Under the pieces are notes generated by a model. The model made no database searches and was not told the DNA's origin. It worked only from the letters and a program-made list of their open reading frames with translations. The translations under genes were made by a program, and so were the position numbers. 38,128 bases of DNA from Aciduliprofundum sp. (GTDB lineage Archaea > Thermoplasmatota > Thermoplasmata > Thermoplasmatales > ARK-15), in contig PNIT01000050.1 in the NCBI GenBank assembly GCA_002878135.1, positions 1 to 38,128 of the forward strand, given 5' to 3'. This document shows positions 19,139 to 26,766 of this stretch, piece after piece. Numbering within the stretch: the first letter of the stretch is position 1; the number at the start of each line of letters is the position of its first letter.

Positions 19139-19893
19139 AAAGGATTGCAATTTTTCTTGCCATGATCATAATCATTTTCTCACTCTTCCCATTTAGCCAG
19201 GCAAGGGGCCTCACTGTGGACATCTATGGACCGGCCACCGTTGGTACAAACGGTACCTATGAATATACAATTGTGATAAACGGCAATTTTGATGGATACG
19301 GCTACAACCTTTTCCTCACGGGTAGTAATATGAGCGGTGGTACTACAGAGGAATTGACAGGTCTTTCTTACACAACGAATACCTTCAAGGTAAACATTAC
19401 ATTTCCTTCAAGGCCCGAGACAGTATACATCTATGTCATGGGTATAGGTATTGTTAATGGAAGTCCTGAAAAGACCACATCCATAAATTATATCCAGGTC
19501 AATGTTGTAAAATCTGTGCCAATTACACTTACACTCAAAAACACTGAACCCTATGAAATAAAGAATATAAGCATTTCATTTTTCCTCAACGGTAGATTCA
19601 TTGGTACCTCCAATGTTTCCTCAATGGGACCAAATTCAACTGTGAACGTCACCTACAATTATATAGGAACATTTGAGAATGGCGTCAATGTATTGAGCGC
19701 AAGGTTAAACACAAATCTTGTTAAATTCTCATCAGGCTCAAACTACACAACACTTTATTTCTACTATGGTACACCGCCTAACTATGACTGGCTATGGTAT
19801 CTCCTTGCAGGGATTACGCTCTTCACCCTGGCAATCATCTACTTCTATTCATCGGGTAAAAAAAGGCCTGGAGCTCCCAAGTGGAAAAAATAG
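19135..19893 (+). CDS. Type-I membrane glycoprotein (signal peptide, CARDB-like beta-sandwich, C-terminal TM anchor), translationally coupled to aglB
   Basis: Preferred start is ATG 19135 (MKRIAIFLAMIIIIFSLFPFSQA), which forms an ATGA overlap with the aglB stop. GGAGGAGG lies at 19119-19126 upstream. About 9-10 N-x-S/T sequons. C-terminal helix LWYLLAGITLFTLAIIYFY is followed by a KKRPGAPKWKK tail. The track ORF begins at 19117. Confidence 0.7.
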   Translation: MKRIAIFLAMIIIIFSLFPFSQARGLTVDIYGPATVGTNGTYEYTIVINGNFDGYGYNLFLTGSNMSGGTTEELTGLSYTTNTFKVNITFPSRPETVYIYVMGIGIVNGSPEKTTSINYIQVNVVKSVPITLTLKNTEPYEIKNISISFFLNGRFIGTSNVSSMGPNSTVNVTYNYIGTFENGVNVLSARLNTNLVKFSSGSNYTTLYFYYGTPPNYDWLWYLLAGITLFTLAIIYFYSSGKKRPGAPKWKK

Positions 19894-20667
19894 TCAATTC
19901 TTCTTTTGCATCTCTATTGCCTCTTCCAAATCTATTTCTCCCTTTACTACCCTTCTTGCAAGTTCCCTGGAGATTGTAACAAGATTGTTACTGGCTATCC
20001 TGCTTTTCCTCTGAACCTCAGATATCTCACCCCTCCTTGCCCTTATTTCCATCCTTCCCTTTACGGGTTTTCCCCTCTTCATCGCTATTTTCTTTGCTGC
20101 CTCTGTGTTCCTATTTTTTATGGATGTGGTCCCATACTCATCAACAATCTCAATGGGATAAAGCCCAAAAAGAATGTTGATTATTCTATTCCTATTAGGT
20201 TCATCACCCTTCCCTATCCTTAAAACCACATTCCTTGAACCATAACCCCTGACTATCTCCTCAATTTTTCTCCTTAGATCGTATGTATCCGTTAGCTCAA
20301 GCTCCTCCAGAAATATACCATCCCCATAAACAGCAACACCTACCCTCATTCCGGGATCAATTCCTATGTGGATCTCATGGAATTTTTCCTTACCATAAAG
20401 ACGAGGTATTACAGACCTCACCGCCGATTGTGCTTCCACAACAATTACATATCTTTTGAAAATTCCTGGGGAATCCGTAAGGACTATCAGGTCCTTATCA
20501 TCTTCCCCTGGAAAAATCTCAATATAATCCAGCTTTCTTCTCTTTATTTCCTCTATTACCTGGTGGTATAGCCTTATATCTTTTATGTAAACTCCCACCA
20601 TCATTAAATATTTGTTATTTTCTAATATATTTAAATCTTTCTTTGACATATGCTGTAAAGAGGACAT
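19894..20667 (-). CDS. Predicted RNase-H-fold nuclease (RuvC/YqgF-like, COG2433/DUF460-like)
   Basis: Core segment HIGIDPGMRVGVAVYGDG...IVDEYGTTS resembles the RuvC/YqgF-type acidic motifs. C-terminal region is helical. The start is uncertain: ATG 20667 overlaps the upstream gene by 37 nt, while ATG 20604 (MMVGVYIKD) avoids the overlap. Confidence 0.5.
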   Translation of the reverse strand: MSSLQHMSKKDLNILENNKYLMMVGVYIKDIRLYHQVIEEIKRRKLDYIEIFPGEDDKDLIVLTDSPGIFKRYVIVVEAQSAVRSVIPRLYGKEKFHEIHIGIDPGMRVGVAVYGDGIFLEELELTDTYDLRRKIEEIVRGYGSRNVVLRIGKGDEPNRNRIINILFGLYPIEIVDEYGTTSIKNRNTEAAKKIAMKRGKPVKGRMEIRARRGEISEVQRKSRIASNNLVTISRELARRVVKGEIDLEEAIEMQKKN

Positions 20668-21287
20668 CCTTCACAAACAGGAACCTTTTTACAGTGATCC
20701 TTTCCCAGAGCCACGAGTAGAGCATGGAACTCTTTAAGATCATTTACATTTTTACCCAGTGATTTTTCAACCATTTCCCTTATATCTTCATATTTTACCT
20801 TATTTGATTCTTCTATTATACCAATTCTCCTGAAGATTCTAAATGTGTATGCATCCACTACAAAATATGGCAGATCAAGGGCATAGAGAAGTATTGAATC
20901 TGCAGTCTCCTTACCAATGCCCTTTATTGCAAGAAGCTTCTCCCTCAGATTGGTATCAAATACCATGTTTTCAATATTTCCATAATTCTCCTTTATGAAT
21001 TTAAGCAGTTCCTTCAATCGCCCTGCTTTCTGCCTGTAATAACCTGTAGATCTTATAAAATCGTGTAAAACTTCATCATCCATGCTGATTAGGGTATCCA
21101 TATCCATGAAACCGGATGCCTTTATCCTTTCTATGCTCTTTTCAACATTCTTCCATGAAACGTTCTGTGTTAGTATGGCACCCACTATTATCTCCAATCT
21201 TGTTTCGCCAGGCCACCAACCCTGTGGTCCATAAAATCTTAAAAGGTGTTGATATATCTCCTTTATAATATTATTTCTTTCTTGCAA
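20631..21287 (-). CDS. Endonuclease III-related HhH-GPD DNA glycosylase with Fe-S cluster loop (COG2231-like)
   Basis: Contains an HhH motif (LLAIKGIGKETADSILLYAL), a catalytic-Asp region (VVDAYTFRIF) and a C-terminal Cys loop (CKKVPVCEGCPLYSIC). The longest ORF runs to ATG 21398 but would overlap the roadblock gene by 128 nt. TTG 21287, preceded by GGGAGG with a 6-nt spacer, gives a family-typical 218 aa. Confidence 0.75.
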   Translation of the reverse strand: MQERNNIIKEIYQHLLRFYGPQGWWPGETRLEIIVGAILTQNVSWKNVEKSIERIKASGFMDMDTLISMDDEVLHDFIRSTGYYRQKAGRLKELLKFIKENYGNIENMVFDTNLREKLLAIKGIGKETADSILLYALDLPYFVVDAYTFRIFRRIGIIEESNKVKYEDIREMVEKSLGKNVNDLKEFHALLVALGKDHCKKVPVCEGCPLYSICQRKI

Positions 21288-21591
21288 TGAATTCCTCCCT
21301 CGCCTTTGCGGGATCCAGGTTTGTGGGGGAAAGGAGTACCCAAAAATCCCTTGACGAGTTTGGAAATAGAACGAGGTTGAGCTCCTTTCCATATACAACT
21401 ATGTTCAGGGGCTCCTTATAATTCATCTCTGTATAAACTGTTGTGGCACCACCATATATGGTGGCACACATAATTGAAAATGTTTCCTTATCTATATTTT
21501 CAGGCAAAAGTGATTCCTCTAATGTACCATCCCTTCTAATTAATGCTGCACCTGCGAGGCCGATGTCACTGATAACCTTTAAATCTGCCAT
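21271..21591 (-). CDS. Roadblock/LC7 (MglB-like) domain protein
   Basis: 106 aa. Segment ISDIGLAGAALIRRDGTLEESLLPENIDKETFSIMCATIYGGA fits the Robl/LC7 pattern. AGGTGA lies 9 nt upstream of the ATG. Confidence 0.7.
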   Translation of the reverse strand: MADLKVISDIGLAGAALIRRDGTLEESLLPENIDKETFSIMCATIYGGATTVYTEMNYKEPLNIVVYGKELNLVLFPNSSRDFWVLLSPTNLDPAKAREEFIARKK

Positions 21592-21633
21592 ATGTTATCA
21601 TTTCACCTTTTCTTAATAGATAATGCACATACA

Positions 21634-21643
21634 TTTTATAAAG
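21634..21643 (-). promoter_or_regulatory. Putative TATA box of the roadblock-EndoIII-like-nuclease operon
   Basis: On the minus strand this reads CTTTATAAAA. It is centred about 47 nt upstream of ATG 21591. A TSS about 27 nt downstream would give a roughly 20-nt leader containing AGGTGA. Confidence 0.4.
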
Positions 21644-21676
21644 TTTTTCATTTTGGACCACGAAGGGCCGAGTACT

Positions 21677-22462
21677 TTATTGTTTATCCTGGACCCTTGT
21701 TGATGCAAGCATCATACCAAAATATCTTTCAACATAATAATATTTGAATTCTGGTTTCAATTTACCCTCATCAATTATACCGTAAAATGTTAAGATATTC
21801 CAGTAACTATCTGGCTTTGCCTCCTCTATTATATGCTCATCAAGATCCACAAGTTTGCTGAAGTTATTTTCCTTAATTGATTTTACAACGAGATCATCAT
21901 AGTATTTTGAGTAGCTGCTGTAACCGTATGGACCAGAAATGGAGTGCGTATGTGCCTGATCGGCACTTAAAATGATGGATACATTACCACCATATTCCAT
22001 TGTGGTCCTGAACAATTTCCTTCCAAAGTCTATCAACCTATCCCTTTCCCTGAGCCTGGACTGACCGATAAGGCTAATTTTTCTCTTACCAAAGAAATGT
22101 AGTGGAATTATGGAACCGAAATCGAGTGGAAAAACTGATGATTTACCCTCACCCGTAATGTAAAGGACCTCCTCAGTTTCATCAATATTTTTTAGGATAA
22201 GTGAATTAAGTTCCCTGTCCGATTTAAAGATCTGGAAAATGTTTTTCCCGGTAAGCCTGAGCCTGCCCCTTAAATATTCAGTATTAACCACACCTATCAT
22301 CTTGGATAGCCTTATGGAGTGTGGGGAAATGATTACAATTGTATCTGATGTGTCATCCCTTGCAATCTCCTTTATCTTTCTGTTCATATGCGCACTCTCT
22401 GGGTTTGGCTGTGTTATTATTTCATCACCATGCGGTATTATGTAAACATTCTTGAGAACCAT
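21677..22462 (-). CDS. Class III extradiol dioxygenase-like (LigB/MEMO superfamily) protein
   Basis: Contains VYIIPHGDEI, VIISPHS, PLDFGSIIPLHF and LSADQAHTH, which resemble LigB-superfamily metal-ligand segments. I start at ATG 22462 (MVLKNVYIIPHG). The track start at 22525 would overlap map. Confidence 0.55.
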   Translation of the reverse strand: MVLKNVYIIPHGDEIITQPNPESAHMNRKIKEIARDDTSDTIVIISPHSIRLSKMIGVVNTEYLRGRLRLTGKNIFQIFKSDRELNSLILKNIDETEEVLYITGEGKSSVFPLDFGSIIPLHFFGKRKISLIGQSRLRERDRLIDFGRKLFRTTMEYGGNVSIILSADQAHTHSISGPYGYSSYSKYYDDLVVKSIKENNFSKLVDLDEHIIEEAKPDSYWNILTFYGIIDEGKLKPEFKYYYVERYFGMMLASTRVQDKQ

Positions 22463-22487
22463 GCTTAAGATTTTAAAAAAGTAGTAA

Positions 22488-23366
22488 TTAAACTTTTCTA
22501 AGTGTGGTAATGTATATCCTTTCACCTGTTATAACAAAGGTGTGTTCGAACTGTGCTACCTTTCCCTTCTTCCTTTCCTTCAGGACTGGAAATTTATACA
22601 CCTTGTTTGTTCTCAAAAGCAGGTCGAGCACCCTTTCTGGATTGCTGAAATCCCTGTATATCCACCTTGTTGAAAATGGTAGTGTTCCATAATTCTCGTA
22701 TATTTCACCCATCTCCTCTGGATCCCTTACTATTTGCATTATGTTTCCAAAAGATCCTTCCTTTACATACCCCACACCATCGGTTGAAAAAGGTTCGATT
22801 GCAAAGGCCATACCAGCCTCAATCTCAATTATTGATCCATCATCATAATTGGGTATGCTCATTCCTGCATGCAGAACATTCCTTGATAGTTGATGACCGG
22901 TGAGATTGTATATTGGCCTAAAACCGTATGATTTTATTGTCTCCTCTATAATCTTTCCAATCTCACTTATCCTTATTCCAGGTCTTATCCTCTGAGTTAC
23001 ATTTAAGAGTGCCCTTTCAGATGACATGGAGAGCGTTGATAGAGTATCTCTACCCACCTCAACTGTTATTGCCGTATCAGCTATATAACCGTCCAGATGC
23101 GCACCAAGATCAAGCTTGACTATATCATTTCTTGAAAATTTTCTCCTGTCATTCCTTGAGGGTGTATAATGTGCTGCTTCCTCATTTATGCTTAGATTGA
23201 CAGGAAAGGCAAGTTTCGCACCATTTTTCAATATATGTGCCTCAGTCTCCTCGGCCACCTCCTCTAGTGATACACCCTCGTTTATAAGATTCTTCCCAAA
23301 CTGTATGGCGTCAGCGGCTATTGAACCCGCCTTAAGATATTTCTCCAATTCATTATCACTTATCAT
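22488..23366 (-). CDS. map: Methionine aminopeptidase, type 2 (archaeal)
   Basis: 292 aa. Contains AFPVNLSINEEAAHYTP, KLDLGAHLDGYIADTA, LTGHQL and FAIEPF, and ends with a QFEHT-type segment. These carry the canonical metal ligands. Confidence 0.9.
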   Translation of the reverse strand: MISDNELEKYLKAGSIAADAIQFGKNLINEGVSLEEVAEETEAHILKNGAKLAFPVNLSINEEAAHYTPSRNDRRKFSRNDIVKLDLGAHLDGYIADTAITVEVGRDTLSTLSMSSERALLNVTQRIRPGIRISEIGKIIEETIKSYGFRPIYNLTGHQLSRNVLHAGMSIPNYDDGSIIEIEAGMAFAIEPFSTDGVGYVKEGSFGNIMQIVRDPEEMGEIYENYGTLPFSTRWIYRDFSNPERVLDLLLRTNKVYKFPVLKERKKGKVAQFEHTFVITGERIYITTLRKV

Positions 23367-23941
23367 AGTATTGCCTCTATGCTTTTAAATGGTACTGCCC
23401 CCTCCCTGATTAAAATTGGCTTTTCTCCAGTTAGATCAACAACAGTCGAAGGTACACCTGTGCATGGGCCACAGTCAAGGTATATCTTTACATCATCACC
23501 AAGTTGAGAATACGCATCTAATACTGTAACAGGATTCTTCCCCCCATGCCTGTTGGCGCTTGTGAGTGTTATGGGCCCTACATTTTCCATAATTTTTTTA
23601 AGAACGTTCGTTTTTGGAATTCTGAATCCCACCTTCTCACCCGATATACTTCTGGGTACATTCCTATTCCATAGGACCATGGTAACAAGATAATGCCATT
23701 CATAGCTAATTATCCTTGAGACAAATGAATTTACCTCACCGTATTCCTGAAGCATTTTTTTATCTAAAACACCCACAGGTACAGGGGTATCCCTCCCTCT
23801 ACCCTTTATCTCATAAATCCTGTAAGCCTTGGGGGAGTTTATGCCTATGGAGAGTGAATAAAGTGTATCAGCTGGAAGAACTGCAAATTCTTCACCTACC
23901 AAACGCAGTATCTTGTCCAGATCCTGACATCTATATATCAC
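23363..23941 (-). CDS. tsaC: L-threonylcarbamoyladenylate synthase, short YrdC/TsaC-type (no Sua5 C-terminal domain)
   Basis: 192 aa. Contains VLPADTLYSLS, the K-x-R motif (IKGRGRD) and the S-x-N motif (LTSANRHG). GTG start at 23941, with no in-frame ATG nearby. Confidence 0.8.
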   Translation of the reverse strand: MIYRCQDLDKILRLVGEEFAVLPADTLYSLSIGINSPKAYRIYEIKGRGRDTPVPVGVLDKKMLQEYGEVNSFVSRIISYEWHYLVTMVLWNRNVPRSISGEKVGFRIPKTNVLKKIMENVGPITLTSANRHGGKNPVTVLDAYSQLGDDVKIYLDCGPCTGVPSTVVDLTGEKPILIREGAVPFKSIEAIL

Positions 23942-23944
23942 AAA

Positions 23945-24017
23945 CGCCGCCGGTCGGATTCGAACCGACGACCACTCGGTTAACAGCCGAGCGCTCCACC
24001 AGCTAAGCTACGGCGGC
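23945..24017 (-). tRNA. tRNA-Asn (anticodon GTT)
   Basis: Perfect 73-nt cloverleaf on the reverse complement. Acceptor stem is GCCGCCG/CGGCGGC. D-stem is GCTT/GAGC. Anticodon stem is CTCGG/CCGAG with loop CTGTTAA. T-arm is GTCGG-TTCGAAT-CCGAC. Discriminator is G. No CCA and no intron. Confidence 0.93.
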
Positions 24018-24040
24018 TAAATTTTGATTATTACAAAAGT

Positions 24041-24048
24041 GTATTAAA
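24041..24048 (-). promoter_or_regulatory. Putative TATA box for tRNA-Asn (and possibly tsaC)
   Basis: On the minus strand this reads TTTAATAC, starting 31 nt upstream of tRNA position +1 (24017). That is the expected archaeal TATA spacing. Confidence 0.45.
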
Positions 24049-24110
24049 ACTTTTGTTATTTTTTCTCTTAAAAAATTGTTTAAAATTTTTGAAAATGAAT
24101 GCTAGTAAGA

Positions 24111-25301
24111 TTAATTTGTTACCCTACCAGTCTTTTCAACCTTTAACCATCTCCTCTCCCTTTTCAACAACTCAAGCATAAGTGAATATAATGATATAAC
24201 AGAGGAGATAAACCAGTAAATATATGCTATAGGGAGATATGCAAGTATCCTGTAATTCTTGATTGAAATTAATATGATTGATATCAAATTCAGAACAAAT
24301 AGGAATAGACCGAAATATATTAAAAATATTAATTGTGTGCTGGTAATACTGTGCATTATTACGCCTATGGCAAGAAGAATTAAGCTTATGAACCAGAGGG
24401 ATGAGATTAGTGGTGCAGATATTACCAGTAAGGAATCTAAGTGTTTTTTATTCCTTATCTCCTTTTTACTGTGAAAAAGAACCTGATGGTATCCCCTGTA
24501 CCATCTGGTCCTCTGTTTTACAAATTCACCCATCTTTGAGGGTGTTTCCTGACCACATCTTACGCTGGTTGAATATGCGGTCTTCTTGTTCTTAATGTTC
24601 ATTCTTAGTGATATCTCAAGATCCTCAGTTAGATACCTCTCATCCCATCCATTCAGCTCTTCAAGTACCTCCCTCCTAAAGTACTGGTTGGATCCACCCA
24701 AGGGCAGGAAAAGGTCAAAAGCATTCCTGCCAAGGAGTGCAAGCTTTATCAGCCCCTGATCGATGAATCCTATCCTCGTAATGATATTTTCCTTTGAGTT
24801 CACTGAATAATTCTCACCCTGAAGTGCATCTAGATTCCTTGAATGCATCTCTATAAGGGCCCTGTATATGGTATCCTTTTCAAGGATTGAATCAGCATCG
24901 AATGTTGCTATTATATTGCCCCTTGAAATTTTAAGTGCATAATTCAAAGCAGAGGGCTTTCCATTGCTTATATCCCTGTGGTAGCATTTAATCCTTTTAT
25001 CCTTTTTCTCATATTCCTTGCATATCTCCAGTGTTCTGTCACTGGATCCATCCTCAACAACGATTACTTCAATATTCTTATAGGTTTGATTAAGGATGGA
25101 ATCAAGGCATCTCCCAATCACCTTTTCCTCATTCTTTGCTGGCACTATGACTGAGACTAGATCATTAAACTCAGGATCATCTATATCCTCTTTATTTTTT
25201 AATTTTATAACACCATAAAATATTATGGGAAGCTGATAGATGCTGTATATCATACCAATGAGCATGAGAATGATTGCCACTGTGATTATTAAATCAAACA
25301 T
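24111..25301 (-). CDS. Membrane-integrated family-2 glycosyltransferase of the processive synthase type (NodC/PgaC/HAS/cellulose-synthase-like)
   Basis: 396 aa with 1 N-terminal and about 4 C-terminal TM helices. Contains VIVPAKNEE...VVEDGSSD, DAD (24891-24899), TED (24621-24629) and QRTRW (24501-24515). Together these form the D,D,D,Q(R/Q)xRW signature. Confidence 0.8.
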   Translation of the reverse strand: MFDLIITVAIILMLIGMIYSIYQLPIIFYGVIKLKNKEDIDDPEFNDLVSVIVPAKNEEKVIGRCLDSILNQTYKNIEVIVVEDGSSDRTLEICKEYEKKDKRIKCYHRDISNGKPSALNYALKISRGNIIATFDADSILEKDTIYRALIEMHSRNLDALQGENYSVNSKENIITRIGFIDQGLIKLALLGRNAFDLFLPLGGSNQYFRREVLEELNGWDERYLTEDLEISLRMNIKNKKTAYSTSVRCGQETPSKMGEFVKQRTRWYRGYHQVLFHSKKEIRNKKHLDSLLVISAPLISSLWFISLILLAIGVIMHSITSTQLIFLIYFGLFLFVLNLISIILISIKNYRILAYLPIAYIYWFISSVISLYSLMLELLKRERRWLKVEKTGRVTN

Positions 25302-25328
25302 ATTAAATCACCCTATTTATTTGAATTA

Positions 25329-26711
25329 TTAATTTTTTTCGTAAACAAAGAGTGCATAATTTCCAATAATTTTTACTGGAACAAAACTTGATGGTAAACT
25401 TTCTATGCCATACCAGCCATTCCTGTACCACCATACGGTATAAATTGTATAATTAAGGCTATAATAATATTCACATTTATTCAGGAATAATGTATAATTT
25501 TCATCCGTGTTTATAACTTTATCTATTTTTATTCCGGCCTCGTATGCAAATGAGACCATATAAAGCATGGAGATAACGAGTGAATCATTTCCCCTTACAT
25601 ATGAGAATAATTTAACAATTATTTTTGAATCATTTAAGGGTACAGTGCTCTGAAGGAATGATGTACTAACTATCTCATTTATATTTGTGCTTTTTGTTAG
25701 GCCATTGTAAAAATATGGTGAGGGATAATAATTATCCATCATAATATATGATGATGAGATCAAAAGGATCAAAACAAGAAAGAGAGAGAAAATTTTGATG
25801 TACCTTTTTGGTTCTTTTATGAATAATATTGATATGACTGATAGTTCAATAAGATACCTTGAGAAGAATGAAAATACAGCCAGGGAAGAGAAGATGAATG
25901 TCCCCACTATTGGAATCTTAAGATCCATATCTTTTCTATAATCATAATTCCTTAAAAGTGGTATAAATATTACAAATGGAGCAAAAAGAAGTATGGATAA
26001 TGAAGTATATACAATCATATCATAAATTAAATTTCCTGAGAAAAAGAATGAGAGCGTGAAATTAATTAATTCATTTCCTCTGGCACCGGTTATCTCAGGT
26101 GTAAATGCTGCAGAGATTATTAATATGAATGTTAAAGCGATCAGTGTTAAGGGTGCTGGAAGGTATTTTCTGTTCCTTAAGGTGAGATACAAAAACCAGA
26201 AAAACTCAAGGGGTATTATGGCCGGGTCAGTGAATCCTGAGACTATCAACAATAGAAGTATGCATAAGATATTTTTTCTATCAGCATCTCTAAATACGAA
26301 TGTAAAGAGAAATATGGAGAATGCAAGTATATTCCTCTGTAAACTCCAATCAAGGATCAATGATTGAAAACTAAAGAAGGCGAATATGGATATATAGAAT
26401 GAATATCTGTTTTGAACACCATACTCTGAAAATGCAAAAAGTGATAGAATAAAAATACCAGATACAATTGAATCAAGCAATTTAATTGTTAAAAGTGGAT
26501 TATTGAGCATTGAATTTATTCCAGAGGCTATTAGATAGTAAATAAAACCAACTGAAAAATAATCCAGTGGATTTGCTTTAGTGTATAACATGGGCACATA
26601 ATAGCCCATTTGATCAAAACCAATTGCAGAATAAGGGAATAAAAGCTCAAGAAATAATCTAAATGAAAAACCAATTAAAAACAACAGTATCAGTTTTTTT
26701 ATTAATCTCAT
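25329..26711 (-). CDS. Uncharacterised polytopic membrane protein (about 10-11 TM helices plus a roughly 130-aa extracytoplasmic C-terminal domain)
   Basis: 460 aa, extremely hydrophobic and F/I/L-rich. The C-terminal Y/N-rich soluble region carries sequons (NDS twice, NYT twice). It lies 27 nt upstream of the GT2 gene on the same strand. I recognise no family motif. A GT-C or Wzy-like role is only a guess. Confidence 0.55.
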   Translation of the reverse strand: MRLIKKLILLFLIGFSFRLFLELLFPYSAIGFDQMGYYVPMLYTKANPLDYFSVGFIYYLIASGINSMLNNPLLTIKLLDSIVSGIFILSLFAFSEYGVQNRYSFYISIFAFFSFQSLILDWSLQRNILAFSIFLFTFVFRDADRKNILCILLLLIVSGFTDPAIIPLEFFWFLYLTLRNRKYLPAPLTLIALTFILIISAAFTPEITGARGNELINFTLSFFFSGNLIYDMIVYTSLSILLFAPFVIFIPLLRNYDYRKDMDLKIPIVGTFIFSSLAVFSFFSRYLIELSVISILFIKEPKRYIKIFSLFLVLILLISSSYIMMDNYYPSPYFYNGLTKSTNINEIVSTSFLQSTVPLNDSKIIVKLFSYVRGNDSLVISMLYMVSFAYEAGIKIDKVINTDENYTLFLNKCEYYYSLNYTIYTVWWYRNGWYGIESLPSSFVPVKIIGNYALFVYEKN

Positions 26712-26733
26712 TGATTTTTAAAAATAACAAGGA

Positions 26734-26741
26734 TTTATAAA
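26734..26741 (-). promoter_or_regulatory. Putative TATA box giving a leaderless transcript for the membrane-protein/GT2 pair
   Basis: TTTATAAA is centred about 27 nt upstream of ATG 26711, and no SD-like motif lies in between. This is consistent with a leaderless mRNA. Confidence 0.4.
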
Positions 26742-26766
26742 ATTTTTCTTTTAAAATGGTTAAAGA

